Counted from the whole stretch's first letter, positions 50,506 through 63,212 are shown. The stretch: DNA of 63,834 nt, filler included, from Chiloscyllium plagiosum (GCF_004010195.1; 5 parts of one record of this genome joined end to end with filler, not necessarily neighbours in it), one strand, 5' to 3'. Translations and numbers: made by a program. The notes: a model not told the origin generated them from the sequence alone.

Positions 50506-50805
50506 GGGGCAGTACAGTGGCTCAGTGGTTAGCACTGCTGCCTCGCAGCACCAGTGCTCCAGGTTCGATTCCCACCTGGGAAAGATGTGCAGATCAGGTG
50601 ATTGACCATGCTAAATTGCCCCATAGTGTCAATTTGTCAGAGGGAAATGGGTCTGGGTGGGCTACTCTTTGTGGGCGGCACGGTGGCACAGTGGTTAGCA
50701 CGGCTGCCTCACAGCACCGGAGACCCGGGTTCAATTCCCGCCTCAGGTGACTGACCGTGTGAAGTTTGCACGTTCTCCCCGTGTCTGCGTGGGTTTCCTC
50801 TGGGT
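50506..50805 (+). mobile_element. Two adjacent HE1-type SINEs
   Basis: Two A/B box heads near 50506 and 50672; the second runs into a gap. Confidence 0.85.
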
Positions 50806-51669
50806 NNNNNNNNNNNNNNNNNNNNNNNNNNNNNNNNNNNNNNNNNNNNNNNNNNNNNNNNNNNNNNNNNNNNNNNNNNNNNNNNNNNNNNNNNNNNNNN
50901 NNNNNNNNNNNNNNNNNNNNNNNNNNNNNNNNNNNNNNNNNNNNNNNNNNNNNNNNNNNNNNNNNNNNNNNNNNNNNNNNNNNNNNNNNNNNNNNNNNNN
51001 NNNNNNNNNNNNNNNNNNNNNNNNNNNNNNNNNNNNNNNNNNNNNNNNNNNNNNNNNNNNNNNNNNNNNNNNNNNNNNNNNNNNNNNNNNNNNNNNNNNN
51101 NNNNNNNNNNNNNNNNNNNNNNNNNNNNNNNNNNNNNNNNNNNNNNNNNNNNNNNNNNNNNNNNNNNNNNNNNNNNNNNNNNNNNNNNNNNNNNNNNNNN
51201 NNNNNNNNNNNNNNNNNNNNNNNNNNNNNNNNNNNNNNNNNNNNNNNNNNNNNNNNNNNNNNNNNNNNNNNNNNNNNNNNNNNNNNNNNNNNNNNNNNNN
51301 NNNNNGGAGAGGGGTGGGGAGGGAAATATATCCCGGGTGGTGGGGTCTGTTTGGAGGTGGCGGAAATGTCGGCGGATCCTTTTTGGAGGTGGCGGAAATG
51401 TCGGCAGNNNNNNNNNNNNNNNNNNNNNNNNNNNNNNNNNNNNNNNNNNNNTTAATTAATTAANNNNNNNNNNNNNNNNNNNNNNNNNNNNNNNNNNNNN
51501 NNNNNNNGCTTCAGGCTTTCTGCCTTTATTCCTGATGAAGGGCTTTTGCCCGAAACCTCGATTTCGAAGCTCCTCGGATGCTGCCTGAATTGCTGTGCTC
51601 TTCCAGCACCACTGATCCAGAATCTGGTTTCCAGCATCTGCAGTCATTGTTTTTACCACTTTTATTTCA

Positions 51670-51975
51670 CTGTACATGTCAAACGTGCCAACTGGTACGT
51701 AAGTCACAGACAGTAATAAAACTAGCACCTTTGTTGCCAATCCCACTTTTGAGGAACCTTTCACACGAGTCATGATATAATTGTGTAGGTCTCCTCCTGA
51801 GAACTAAAAATTGGAACCAGTACTTGCTTGCTATAATAGATATGTCTACCAAATTTCCGGAGACAATTCCATTACGGAGCATTAAGACAAAAAGGGTGGT
51901 AGAGGAGTTAGTAGCTTTATTCATGAAGTATGGGCTACCCAGAGAGATTCAGTCAGACCAAGGGGCAGATTTTAC
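51670..51975 (+). mobile_element. Gypsy integrase core fragment, followed by an LTR end at about 52091
   Basis: YLLAIIDMSTKFPETIPLRSI...YGLPREIQSDQGADFT; start overlaps the region where 25700-25965 ends. Confidence 0.85.
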
Positions 51976-52945
51976 TGCTTTGATATATTTTTTTAAAGTA
52001 TTGGAATTTGGGCATTCTCTGTCACTCGTACTTTAACAGATTACGAGGCAAGGTGAGCTGTTCTAGATATTTGGTTTAATTAGCAGCGGGGTTTACCACC
52101 GTGTCGGAACATTGTTATATATTTCTATAAGATTGCCCCTCTGCCTCCAATGTTTCAGCAAAAAAAACAGTCCAGGTTTGTCCAACCTCTCTTTGTAGCT
52201 GATACACCCCAGTCCAGGCAGCATTCTGGTAAACCTCTCCAAAGCTCCATATGGCAACTAGAACTGCACATAATACTTCAAATGTAACCTAATCAAAATT
52301 TTACACAGCTATAAGATGGCTTGACAGACCCTTTTGCTCAATGCTGGTAAAGGCCTTCTTAAATTTTACTCAGTTGTGTCACCACTTTCCAGGAGCAATG
52401 GACTTGAACCACAAGATCTCTTTTTATATCAACGCTCGTAAAGGTCCTGCCGTTTACTGTATGTTTCTTTCTTGCATTTGACGTCTTAAAATGCATTACC
52501 CCTCACTTGTCGAGGTTAAACTTCATCTGCCATTTCTTAACCCAAATTTGCAGATGATCTATATCCTCCTGTATCCTTTGACAACCTTGCTCACTATCTG
52601 CGACTGCACCAATTTGCATAGTCTTTGCAAACTTACTAATCAGCCTACCTGCATATTCGTCAAAATCAAAGTGAAAACAGAGGCTCCAGCACTGATCATT
52701 GAAGAACACGACTACTCCGCATCTAACTTTCGATTTTTATGACCATGCCAATTTTGTATCCAACTTACCAACTCAGCATGGATCCCATATAAACGTTGGT
52801 GAGGTGGTAAATAGTGAGGAGGACAGCTTTAGATTATAAGAGAATATAGACAAGCTGGTCAGATGGGTTGATCAATGGCAAATAAAATTCAATATGTACA
52901 AAAGTGAGGTGATATACTTGGGCAGGATAAACAATAAAAGGGAAT

Positions 52946-53716
52946 ACATAGAACATAGAACAGTACAGCACAGAACAGGCCCTTCAGCCCACGATGTTGT
53001 GCCGATCACTGATCCTCATGTATGCACCCTCAAATTTCTGTGACCATATGCATGTCCAGTAGTCGCTTAAATGTCCCCAATGACCTTGCTTCCACAACTG
53101 CTGCTGGCAACGCATTCCATGCTCTCACAACTCTCTGTGTAAAGAACCCGCCTCTGACATCCCCTCTATACTTTCCTCCAACCAGCTTAAAACTATGACC
53201 CCTCGTGTTAGTCATTTCTGCTCTGGGAAATAGTCTCTGGCTATCAACTCTATCTATGCCTCTCATTATCTTGTATACCTCAATTAGGTCCCCTCTTCTC
53301 CTCCTTTTCTCCAATGAAAAAAGTCCGAGCTCAGTCAACCTCTCTTCATAAGATAAGCCCTCCAGTCCAGGCAGCATCCTGGTAAACCTCCTCTGAACCC
53401 TCTCCAAAGCATCCACATCTTTTCTATAACAGGGCGACCAGAACTGGACGCAGTATTCCAAGTGCGGTCTAACCAAAGTTTTATAGAGCTGCAACAAGAT
53501 CTCACGACTCTTAAACTCAATTCCCCTGTTAATGAAAGCCAAAACACCATATGCTTTCTTAACAACCCTGTCCACTTGGGTGGCTATTTTAAGGGACCTA
53601 TGTACCTGCACAGCAAGATCCCTCTGTTCCTCCACACTGCCAAGAATCCTATCCTTAATCCTGTATTCAGCTTTCAAATTCGACCTTCCAAAATGCATCA
53701 CCTCGCATTTATCCAG
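52946..53716 (-). mobile_element. Young 5'-truncated CR1
   Basis: Uninterrupted 223 aa ORF2 C-terminus (53030-53701) and intact tail. Confidence 0.93.
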
Positions 53717-53794
53717 GTAGGATAAAAGGTAGGAGACTAAGGTAGGAGACTAAGAAGTGCTGAAGATCATAGGGAACTTGGTTTGCATGTCCAC

Positions 53795-55150
53795 TATTGT
53801 GAGTGTGGTGCTGGAAAAGCACAACAGGTCAGGCAGCATTCAAGGAGCAGGAGAATTGATGTTATGGGCATAAGCTCTTCATCAGGAAATTTCCAGCACC
53901 TGCAGTCCTCACTTTCTCCTCCTTGCATGTCTGCTAGTCCCTTAAGGTGGAAAAAGTTGGAAGAACAACATCTCACCATCCACTTGGGGACTCTGCAACC
54001 TTCAGGACTCAATATCAATATCCTAATGGTCCCTATTAGCAGCTATTGGGTCTCCCAGACTGACCTTTACATTGGTAAAAACAATGACTGCAGATGCTGG
54101 AAATCAGATTCTGGATTAGTGGTGCTGGAAGAGCACAGCAGTTCAGGCAGCATCCGAGGAGCACTGCTCCTCAGATGCTGCCTGAACTGCTGTGCTCTTC
54201 CAGCACCACTAATCCAGAATCTGACCTTTACATTGTTTTGTCTTTCAACTGATGTTCCCCTTTTATCTCTGGGTGTCTTCTCCACCTATCGTTTATTCCC
54301 CCACCCTATCTTCAGCATACATATAAACCTTTTCCAAGTTCCAGTCAGTTCTGAAGAAGGGTCACTGGACCTGAAATGTGAATTCTGCTTTCTCTTGACA
54401 GATGTTACAAGACCTGCTGAGTTTTACCAGCAATTTCTGTTTTTGTATGTGAAATGTCACAACTTTCAAAGCTAAGGCCAAATTCTGTCAAGTGGGACTC
54501 GTGTAAATTTAAATTTGTGGAAAGCGGCAGCTTTGTGGTGTGACTGTTGGATTATTAATCCAATTCGCAGGCTCCAGACGCCTCCTCTTTGTCATGGATG
54601 TGCAATTCCTTTACACGTCCATCCCCCACCAGGTTGGTCTCAAGGCTCTCCTCTTGTTCCTGGAGCAAAGGCCTGAACTGTCTCCACCCACCACCAACCA
54701 TCAGTTCTGAGGAAGGGTTATCGAACCTGAAGTGTTAACTCTGATATTTCTTCACAGATGCTGCCAGACCTGTTGAGCTTTTCCAGCAATTTCTGTTTTT
54801 GTATTAATCCAAATCTCCCCTCTCCCACATTATCACCGATCCAACCCTCCAACTCAGGACCTCCTCTTGACTTGTATCATCTGTCCATCTTCCTTCCCAA
54901 TTATCCACTCCAGCCTCCACACCGACCTATTGCAATCACCTCCCACTTGCATCCACCTATTGCCTTCCCAACTACCTCACCCCCACCACACTATTTATCT
55001 TTCAGCCCCTTTCTGTCTCCACATTCCTGATGAAGTGTCTATGCCTGAAACATTGACTCTCCTGCTTCTCAGATGCTGTCTGACCTGTTGTGCTTTTCCA
55101 GGGCCACACTTTTCAACTCTGGTTCTCCAGTATCTGCAGTTGGCACTTCC
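53795..55150. mobile_element. Cluster of Penelope-derived fragments and ends
   Basis: GIY-YIG C-terminus remnant KLEEQHLTIHLGTLQPSGLNI; inverted insertion 54075-54220 with TSD ctgacctttacattg; hammerhead-like cores near 54351, 54707 and 55027. Confidence 0.75.
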
Positions 55151-55490
55151 TATTAATCCAGGTACCTAGATAATGTTCTGAGTACCTGGGTTTGAATCCT
55201 GCCATGCAAGCGGTGGAATTTGAATTCAGTTTTTAAAAGGCATCATCAGAGTCTAGTGATGATCATGAATCTGGTTCATTAATGTCCTTTAGAGAAAGAA
55301 ACTGCCATCTTTCCTTGTCTTATCCACGGGTGTCTCTACACCCATAACAAAGGGTCTGGGCAATAAATGCTGGCCCAGCTAGCGATGACCTCATCCTATG
55401 AATGAATTAAGACAAGAATAGTTTTATTGGTACAAACTCAGTGGTGAAAGAGCATATTCTAGAGTGATTCTCTGATTTTGTATCAATGTA

Positions 55491-56450
55491 TAGTGCTGGG
55501 TCCACTACTTTTCATCATTTATATCAATGATTTGGATGCGAGTGTAACAGGTATAGTTAGTACATTCGCAGATAACACCAAAATTGGAGGTGTAGTGGAC
55601 AGCGAAGAAGGTTACCTCAGATTACAACGAGATCTTGATCAGATGGGCCAATGGGTTGAGGAGTGGCAGATGGAGTTTAATTCAGATAAATGCGAGGTGC
55701 TGCATTTTGGGAAAGCAAATCTTAGCAGGACTTATACACTTAATAGTAAGGTCCTAAGGAGTGTTGCTGAACAGAGAGACCTTGGAGTGCAGGTTCATAG
55801 CTCCTTGAAAGTGGAGTCGCAGGTAGATGGGATAGTGAAGAAGGCATTTGGTATGCTTTCCTTTATTGATCAGAGTATTGAGTACAGGAGTTGGGAGGTC
55901 ATGTTGCAGCTGTAAAGGACATTGGTTAGGAAACTTCTGGAATATTGGTGCAATTCTGGTCTCCTTCCTATCAGAAAGATGTTGTGAAACTTGATAGGGT
56001 TCAGAAAAGATTTACAAGAATGTTGCCAGGGTTGGAGGATTTGAGCTACAGGGAGAGGCTGAACAGGTGAGGGGTGACCTTATCGAGGTTTTTAAAATCA
56101 TGAAGGGCTTGGACAAAGACAAAGTCTTTTCCCTGGGGTCGGGGAGTCTAGAATGAGAGGGCATAGATTTAGGGTGAGAGGGGAAAGATATAAAAGAGAC
56201 CTAAGGGACACTTTTTCACACAGAGGATGGTACATGTATGGAATGAGCTGACAGAGGAAGCAGTGGAGGCTGGTACAATTGCAACATTTAAAAGGCATCT
56301 GGATGGGTATATGAATAGAAAGGGATTGGAGGGATATGGGCCAGGTGCTGGCAAGTGAGACTAGACTGAGTTGGGATATCTTGTTGGCATGATTGAGTTA
56401 GACTGAAGGCTCTGTTTCCATGCTATACATCTTTATGACTCTATGACTCC
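55491..56450 (+). mobile_element. CR1 RT/3' fragment
   Basis: [14 protein letters not shown]...FADNTK; close relative of 23036-24060. Confidence 0.92.
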
Positions 56451-57808
56451 ATTTATGTAACATAGAAATAGTGTTAAAATATATTGTGATGGGAAATGAA
56501 AACATCTCTTACGGAACCATAATCATTCATCCTTTGTAAGTGCGATAGGAAATGTGTGATTTTTATACATCTTTGAATAGCATCATGAGAGTTTGGTTTT
56601 TAAAACAGTGGCACTACCTCTATGAAAGAGGTTTCTAAAGCAAAAAAAGAAGAAAAACATCAGACAGTCCTTCTAGAATAGTGATCTATTTCAGCATATG
56701 TCACAGAGCAGGTATCCCCTGCAGTGTGTTGTAGACCAAATGAAGCACCCTCAAAATATATTCAGAAAATAGTCCAGACTCTAAATTTGTTCTTAAAGAT
56801 AAGTGTAAGGTGTATTCCAGATGCAATTTGATTGGATAAACCACCAGATTTGAAGCAAAATATTCATTCACTACAAAATACAGCAAAAGAAAATACAAAG
56901 AAATGAATTGGCTTGGCTGTAACTCTATTGGAAAACTTATTAGAATAATAGGTTAGTTGGCTACTGTACAGTAACTGTTCCAATATAGTGACATTCCATA
57001 AACCAGCCTTGGCAAAAGGCAAATTCAGAAAATAGATTGTTTCATGTGCAACTCCAGCAGCTAAGAAAAATAATCTAAGTGGAACTCAGTGTAGCAGGGG
57101 GGCGATGTTATTGCGGCAACAGACCCAGCGTTGCACTTGCCACAGTGTATTTAACTTTTATATCTAGAAAAGAAACTGCAAGTTGATTCTTAATAATAAT
57201 AATAAACAATAATATTTATTTATTTAACACAATTAATGTTATAATAAAATACACTACAAACTAACAATTTACATTTGAAATCTAATCAAATATCTCAGAA
57301 CATAGAACAATGCCTTCAATGTTATGCCGACCTTTTATCCTACTCTAAGATCAAACTAATTTACATATCCAAAGTTTACTATCAACCGTGTGCCTATTCA
57401 AGAGTCGCTTAAATGTCCCTAATGTATTTGAATCTACTACCATTGCTGGCAGTGCATTCCACACACCCACCACACACTGTGTAAATAACCGATCTCTGAC
57501 ATCTCCCCAAAACTTTCCTCCAATCATCTTCGAATTATGTCCTCTTGTGATAGCCATTTCTACCCTGGGAAAAAGTCTTTGTTCACTCTATCTATGCCTC
57601 TCATCATCTTGTTGCCTCTCACCTTTCTTCGCTCCAATTAGAAAAGCCTTAGCTCCCTCAACCATGAAAATCACAGAAACAGACCTTCAGTATTGACCAA
57701 CTTCATTCATGATACATCATGAGAAACAGCCAGTAAAACTGCTTCGAAATTACAGACAAGCTTGAGGCTAACGTTGGGTTTCAAACTGGACACAGTACCA
57801 CACAATAG

Positions 57809-57820
57809 CCACTAGATGGC
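57809..57820 (+). promoter_or_regulatory. Candidate CTCF core motif
   Basis: CCACTAGATGGC in a non-repeat AT-rich island; motif match only. Confidence 0.3.
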
Positions 57821-59191
57821 CTATGTGCACTTTCATTGGATAAAGTGGAGGTCTTGCCAAAAAAGTAGATTAAAAGGGTCATTATTTTAGGTTTGTGTCA
57901 ATACTTTGTACTTACATTGCTGATTTAATGACATTCCATAAAGTATTTCATAAGTCATGTAGAAAACATGTTTTAGAATTATCAGGGATGAAACCTTAAA
58001 ATAAGAAAAGCCAACACCATAAGTAAAAGAGAAACGGGATAATCAAGGATGGACCCAAATTCTTTTCTAAGCCCTTTTCTTATCCTAGCAGTCACAAATT
58101 AACAAGCGTTTATGATAGTTTTACTAATTGCAGGGCGATAATTAATTTGCAGACAGTTAATTCTCTTGTACATTATTCAGGAGCACATAACAGAGATAAT
58201 CATTGTTAGTTTCAATAATGCTTTCTTTTTTATGGATAAAATTTAATCTCATCCCTATAGGGTCAGTTCAAACTGTGGTGCAGAATCTAGTTACAAATTT
58301 TTCTTAGTACTGATTTTCAGAGTAGCTCAGTTTAAAGTACAAAGAATATACCTTCCAGGGCTCAAAATTGTTTCCACGCTGGTAAACCTCCTCTGCACAC
58401 TCTCTGAAACTTCCACATCCTTCCTATAATGAAGTGACCAAAACTGAACACAATATTCCCAATGTGGTCTAACCAGAGCTGCAGTATACCCTCTAAACTT
58501 TGATCCTCAGTTCTTTGACTGATAAAGGCCAATGTGCCAAAAGCTTTCCTGACTTCAATTTCAGAGAAACATGCTCCTGAACTCCAAGGTCCCTCTGTTC
58601 CACTGCACTCGTTGAAGCCCGACAATTCACCATGAAACTCGTACCTTGATTTGACTTTCCAAAATGCCAGACCCCGCACGTATCTATATTAAAATCCATT
58701 TGCCATTTCTCGGCCCACTTCCCCAGCTGCTGCAGTTTCTGATAACCTTCCTCGCTGTCCACAATGTTGCCAATTATAGTGTCATCAGCAAACTTATTAA
58801 TCATGGAGAAAATGATAGTCATGCCTTGTACATTCTCACACAAATCATTGATATAGATAACAAACAGCAATGGGCCCAGTAACGACCCCTGAGACACTCC
58901 ACTAGTCACAGGCCTCCAGTTCATCAAGCATCCTTCCACTATTAGCCTCTGCTCCCTCCCATCAAACCAATTGTGTGTCCAATTTGCCAGCTCTCCCTGG
59001 ATTCTACACGATTTAACCTTCCAGAGCAGCCTACCATGTGGAACCTGATCAAATACCTTACTGAGATTCATAAAGTCTATGTCCACACTCCTGCCCTCAT
59101 CAACCTTCCTTCCATTTCATTAGAGAACTCTACCAAACCTGTGATGCATGAGCTCCTATGCACAAAGCTATGCTGACTACTCCTAATTAAA

Positions 59192-59398
59192 AGAGAAAGT
59201 GAGGACTGCAGATGCTGGAGTAGCTGAAAATGTGTTGCTGGAAAAGCGCAGCAGGTCAGGCAGCATCCAAGGAACAGGAGAATCGACATTTCGGGCATAA
59301 GCCCTTCTTCCTGAAGAAGGGCTTATGCCCGAAACGTCAATTCTCCTGTTCCTTGGATGCTGCTGACCTACTGCGCTTTTCCAGCAACACATTTTCAG
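59192..59398. mobile_element. Penelope 3'-end insertion, near-perfect palindrome, family A
   Basis: Inversion centre near 59310; perfect 15 bp TSD ctactcctaattaaa at 59177-59191 and 59399-59413. Confidence 0.88.
59308..59341 (+). ncRNA. Minimal type I hammerhead ribozyme motif (family A)
   Basis: CTGAAGA-AGGGC-ttat-GCCC-GAAAC-GTC at 59311-59338. Confidence 0.75.
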
Positions 59399-60554
59399 CT
59401 ACTCCTAATTAAACCCTGTCTTTCCAAATGCATGTATATCTTGTCTCTCAAGTAACATACCCACCACAGATGTTCGGCTTACTGGTCTATTATTCCGAGG
59501 TTGTTTTTTGGAGCTCTTCTTGAATAAGAGCCCAACATTAGCGACACTCCAGTCTTCTGGGACCTCACTTGTGGCTAACGATGATGCAAAGATAACTGCC
59601 AGGACCCTCGCAATGTCTTCTCTCGCCTCTACCAGTGTGCATGGATATATCTGGTCAGGATCAGGAGAGTTATCCACCTTCATACATTCTAATATGTCCA
59701 CCACCTCTACTTTGATGTAGATTGTCCCCAAGATATGACCACTAACTTCCCCAAGTTCTGTGTTAGTGGAATATTATATTCAGTTATGATTTATGAAATG
59801 GAGTGTAAACATTGAAGTCCATTCATTTCCTTTTGATTTAAAATGATCAAAGATTCTGATCGAGGTCAGAAGCAAACTTTTTTGTTCCCTCCTGGAAAAT
59901 ACTGCAGGACAGTTCATGAAAAGAAGTTATGTCAATATATTTGTTTAACTTGTTAAACTTCCAGACCAAAACTATTTGGTTAGAAGTCAGCACGTTATTC
60001 GAGGTTGAGAAATCTATGCTCTCGATTTTGAGTATTCATGTCAGAAGTCCCCAAAGTTGACAGGAAGGAACTAGGAATAGATTAGTTAAATCAAACTTAA
60101 CAATTTGATACAGAGAGATAATATTCCTGGATTTGAGTGTCTGTAACAAGTCATGGCATGAAATGGTTTGAGACTTTGTTTCGGCCTATGTTTTAAGACC
60201 TTTTAAATTACTTACGTGAATGACCGCAATGCGAACTGTAATAAAATATGATCTATGAAGCCAGGACGGATTCAGGGATCTGAATTTCCCTGCATTATCA
60301 TCACTTGGGCAGACTTGTCTTCTTGCCGACTTCTGCTTTGCATTGGTTAAAACTCTTCACATGTGTCTGACCACTGCAAATCAATATGTTTTAACAACTC
60401 CCGTAGATTTACCAAATGAATCACCATGCATTTAGGCAAAGACATAGAGACGTACAGCACAGAAAGGACCCTTCCGTCCATCAAGTCTGAACCAACATAA
60501 TCGTCAGTAAAAATGAGCTAAACCCAATTTCATGCACTTGTCCCATATTTGTAC

Positions 60555-61620
60555 AGATTCAAAAACACAAGCAACATTTCTCCTTCAAGATCCTCTGCTC
60601 CACACTCGCAGCCATGCGCCGACACCTAACCTCACTACCGTCAGCCCTGCCACAGCTGAGGGCCACACTCTCTCAGAATTGCAAAGGGCCCCGTCTGTAC
60701 TATATTCTCAGGAGAATTCATACTCTCAACAAACAGTATTTCAACATCATCTCAAACATCAAAAACTGTAAGTACAACAAACTTTTATCTACCCACCTCC
60801 ATAACCAGCGCTCCTCAAACATTCCAGTAGATTCCCCCGGCCTCTGGAACTGCTCGGATACCATTAGCCATGCAGCTGCTGCAGCCACCATCCCAACTGT
60901 GATTGCTGATGTCACTTCCACTCCCATCATGGCTGCTTCCGCAGCTACTTCCACCACTCACAATTCCTCATGCACCACACATTACCTCACTTCCGCCCCT
61001 CACATCATCACTGATGTCACACGCTAAGTGACTTCGCCCCCCCCCACCACTGCCATGTTTGCCATCCTTCCGCCACTACCAATGCCACTCACCTGCATTC
61101 TGCTGACATGCCCCTCTCCGATCCCACTGTCACCATCCCTGCCTCCTCCAGAACCCTGAGGGGAACACCACACCTGCTCATGACTCCACCCCCATTCCCT
61201 CCACCACCGCATCCACTCCAGTTACAGGCTCTGTCCCCACTCCCAGCTCCACACCCACACCGGGTCCTAGCTCCCAGCCCTGCCGAGTTTTCACCATTCC
61301 TCCGGACTCCCCCTCACTAAGGATGAACGATCAAAGGACTCACCTTCATCCCACTCTGTCCACGCATCAATGAATTTAATACACGCCGTGACGTCGAACA
61401 CTTCTTCCGCAGCCTCCGCCTCCGAGCTTACTTTCACAATCGGGACACCCACCCACCTTTCGAGGACCCCTTTGCCCACTTCCAACACACTGCATCCACC
61501 TAGATACCCCGTGCTGGCCTATTACCCGCCCTCGACCTCTTCATTTCCAACTGCCGCGGGGACATTAACCACCTCAACCTGTCTACCCCCCTCCCCCACT
61601 CCAACCTCTCACCCTCACAA
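60555..61620 (+). mobile_element. Probable Penelope-like ORF N-terminal remnants
   Basis: C-rich decayed coding sequence (RLRAYFHNRD...EDPFAH...LPALDLFISNC-type motifs) recalled as vertebrate PLE-like; no catalytic motif visible. Confidence 0.5.
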
Positions 61621-61720
61621 NNNNNNNNNNNNNNNNNNNNNNNNNNNNNNNNNNNNNNNNNNNNTTAATTAATTAANNNNNNNNNNNNNNNNNNNNNNNN
61701 NNNNNNNNNNNNNNNNNNNN

Positions 61721-62140
61721 ACTTGGCTTGTATACCCTTGAGTTTAGAAGACTGTGAGGGGATCTGATTGAGACATATAAGGTTATTAAAGGATTGGACA
61801 CTCTGGAGGCAGGAAACATGTTTCCGCTGATGGGTGAGTGCCGAACCAGAGGACACAGCTTAAAAATACGGGGTAGACCATTTAGGACAGAGATGAGGAG
61901 AAACTTCTTCACCCAGAGACTGGTGGCTGTGTGGAATGCTCTGCCCCAGAGGGCAGTGGAGGCCCAGTCTCTGGATTCATTTAAGAAAGAGTTGGATAGA
62001 ACTCTCAAGGATAGTAGAATCAAGGGTATGGAGATAAGGCAGGAACAGGATACTGATTCAGGATGAACAGCCATGATCATAGTGAATGGTGGTGCAGGCT
62101 CGAAGGGCAGAATGGCCTACTCCTGCACCTATTGTCTATT
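61721..62140 (+). mobile_element. CR1 3' end
   Basis: FPLMGECRTRGHSLK...FFTQRLVAVWNALP and tail. Confidence 0.9.
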
Positions 62141-62356
62141 GCTTGATTGACACCTTGTCCAGTACATTACACATTCACTTTCTCCAAGATAATAAAGGGT
62201 ATCAAAATGGGTGGTTAGGTAAGAAGAACAGAGGAGTGAAATTATTTTTAAGTGGAAAAAGCCTGCAGAAATCTACAGCACCAAGGATTTGTGTGTTAGT
62301 CCTACATAAATTGCAAAAAGATAGATACTTGGTAATAGGGAAGGCAGGAAATTGGG

Positions 62357-63212
62357 TATGAGGCCTGTGACCAGCGGTGTGTCGCAAGGATCTGTACTGA
62401 GTCCACTGCTTTTCATTATTTATATAAATGATTTGGATGTGAACACAAGAGGTATGGTTAGTAAGCTTGCAAATTAGTGGTGTAACGTACAGTGAAGATG
62501 GTTATCTTGATTGATAGATTGAAAGATTTATTAATCTCGAAGTACATCAGGATCTTGATCAGATGGACCAATGTGCCAAGGAGTGGCAGATGGAGTTTAA
62601 TGCAGATTAATGTGAGGTCATGCACTTTGGGAGGAAAAATAGAGGCGAGGATTATTTTCTAAATGGGGACAGAATTCAGAAGTCTAAAGTGCACAGAGAC
62701 TTGGAAGTTCTAGTCCAAGATTCTCACATGGTTAACTTGCAGACTGAGTTAATTGTTCGGAAGGCAAATGCAACAATGGCATTTATTTTGAGACGACTTG
62801 AATATAAAAGCAGGGATGTATTTCTGAGGGTCTTGAAGGCTTTGATCAGACCACATTTGGAGTATTGTGGACAGTTTTGGGCCCCATATCTCAGGGAGGA
62901 TGAACTAGCCCTGGAGCGTGTTCAGAGGAGGTTCACAAGAATGGTTCCAGAAATGAAAAGCTTAAATATTCTCAGTGACCTGGCCTCCACAGCCTTCTGT
63001 GGCAGTGAATTCCATAGATTCACCACTCTCTGGCTGAAGAAGTTTCTCCTTATCTCTGTTCTAAAACGGCTTCACTTTATTCTAAGGCTTTGCCCTCGGG
63101 TCCTAGTCTCTCCTCCCAAGGGAAACATCTTCCCAACATCTACTCTGTCCAGGCCATTCAGCATTCTGTATGTTTCAACTAGATTCCCTCTCATCCTTCT
63201 AAACTCCATTGA
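62357..63212. mobile_element. CR1 RT fragments with an internal inversion at about 62965
   Basis: Sense RPHLEYCGQFWAPY...RRFTRMVP switches to the antisense of the downstream CR1 segment. Confidence 0.8.

Larger units (their letters stand above)
58350..59760 (-). mobile_element. CR1 RT fragment
   Basis: VPEDWSVANV, SGVSQGSLLGP, KFADDT. Confidence 0.9.

Noticed and set aside
6708..51637. Long ORFs in the track spanning X runs
   Set aside because: Artefacts of N gaps.
53783..54475. 230 aa novel protein
   Set aside because: Chance read-through across several nested PLE fragments.
853..59398. Recurring Cys-rich small ORFs (CCLTCCAFPA, CWKSTAGQAAS) as a peptide family
   Set aside because: They are alternative-frame translations of the family A Penelope terminus, with no conserved start or stop.
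853..59398. CRISPR-like or prokaryotic repeat system
   Set aside because: The repeats are dispersed, vary in orientation, have TSDs and no regular spacers; no cas-like ORFs; the context is vertebrate.
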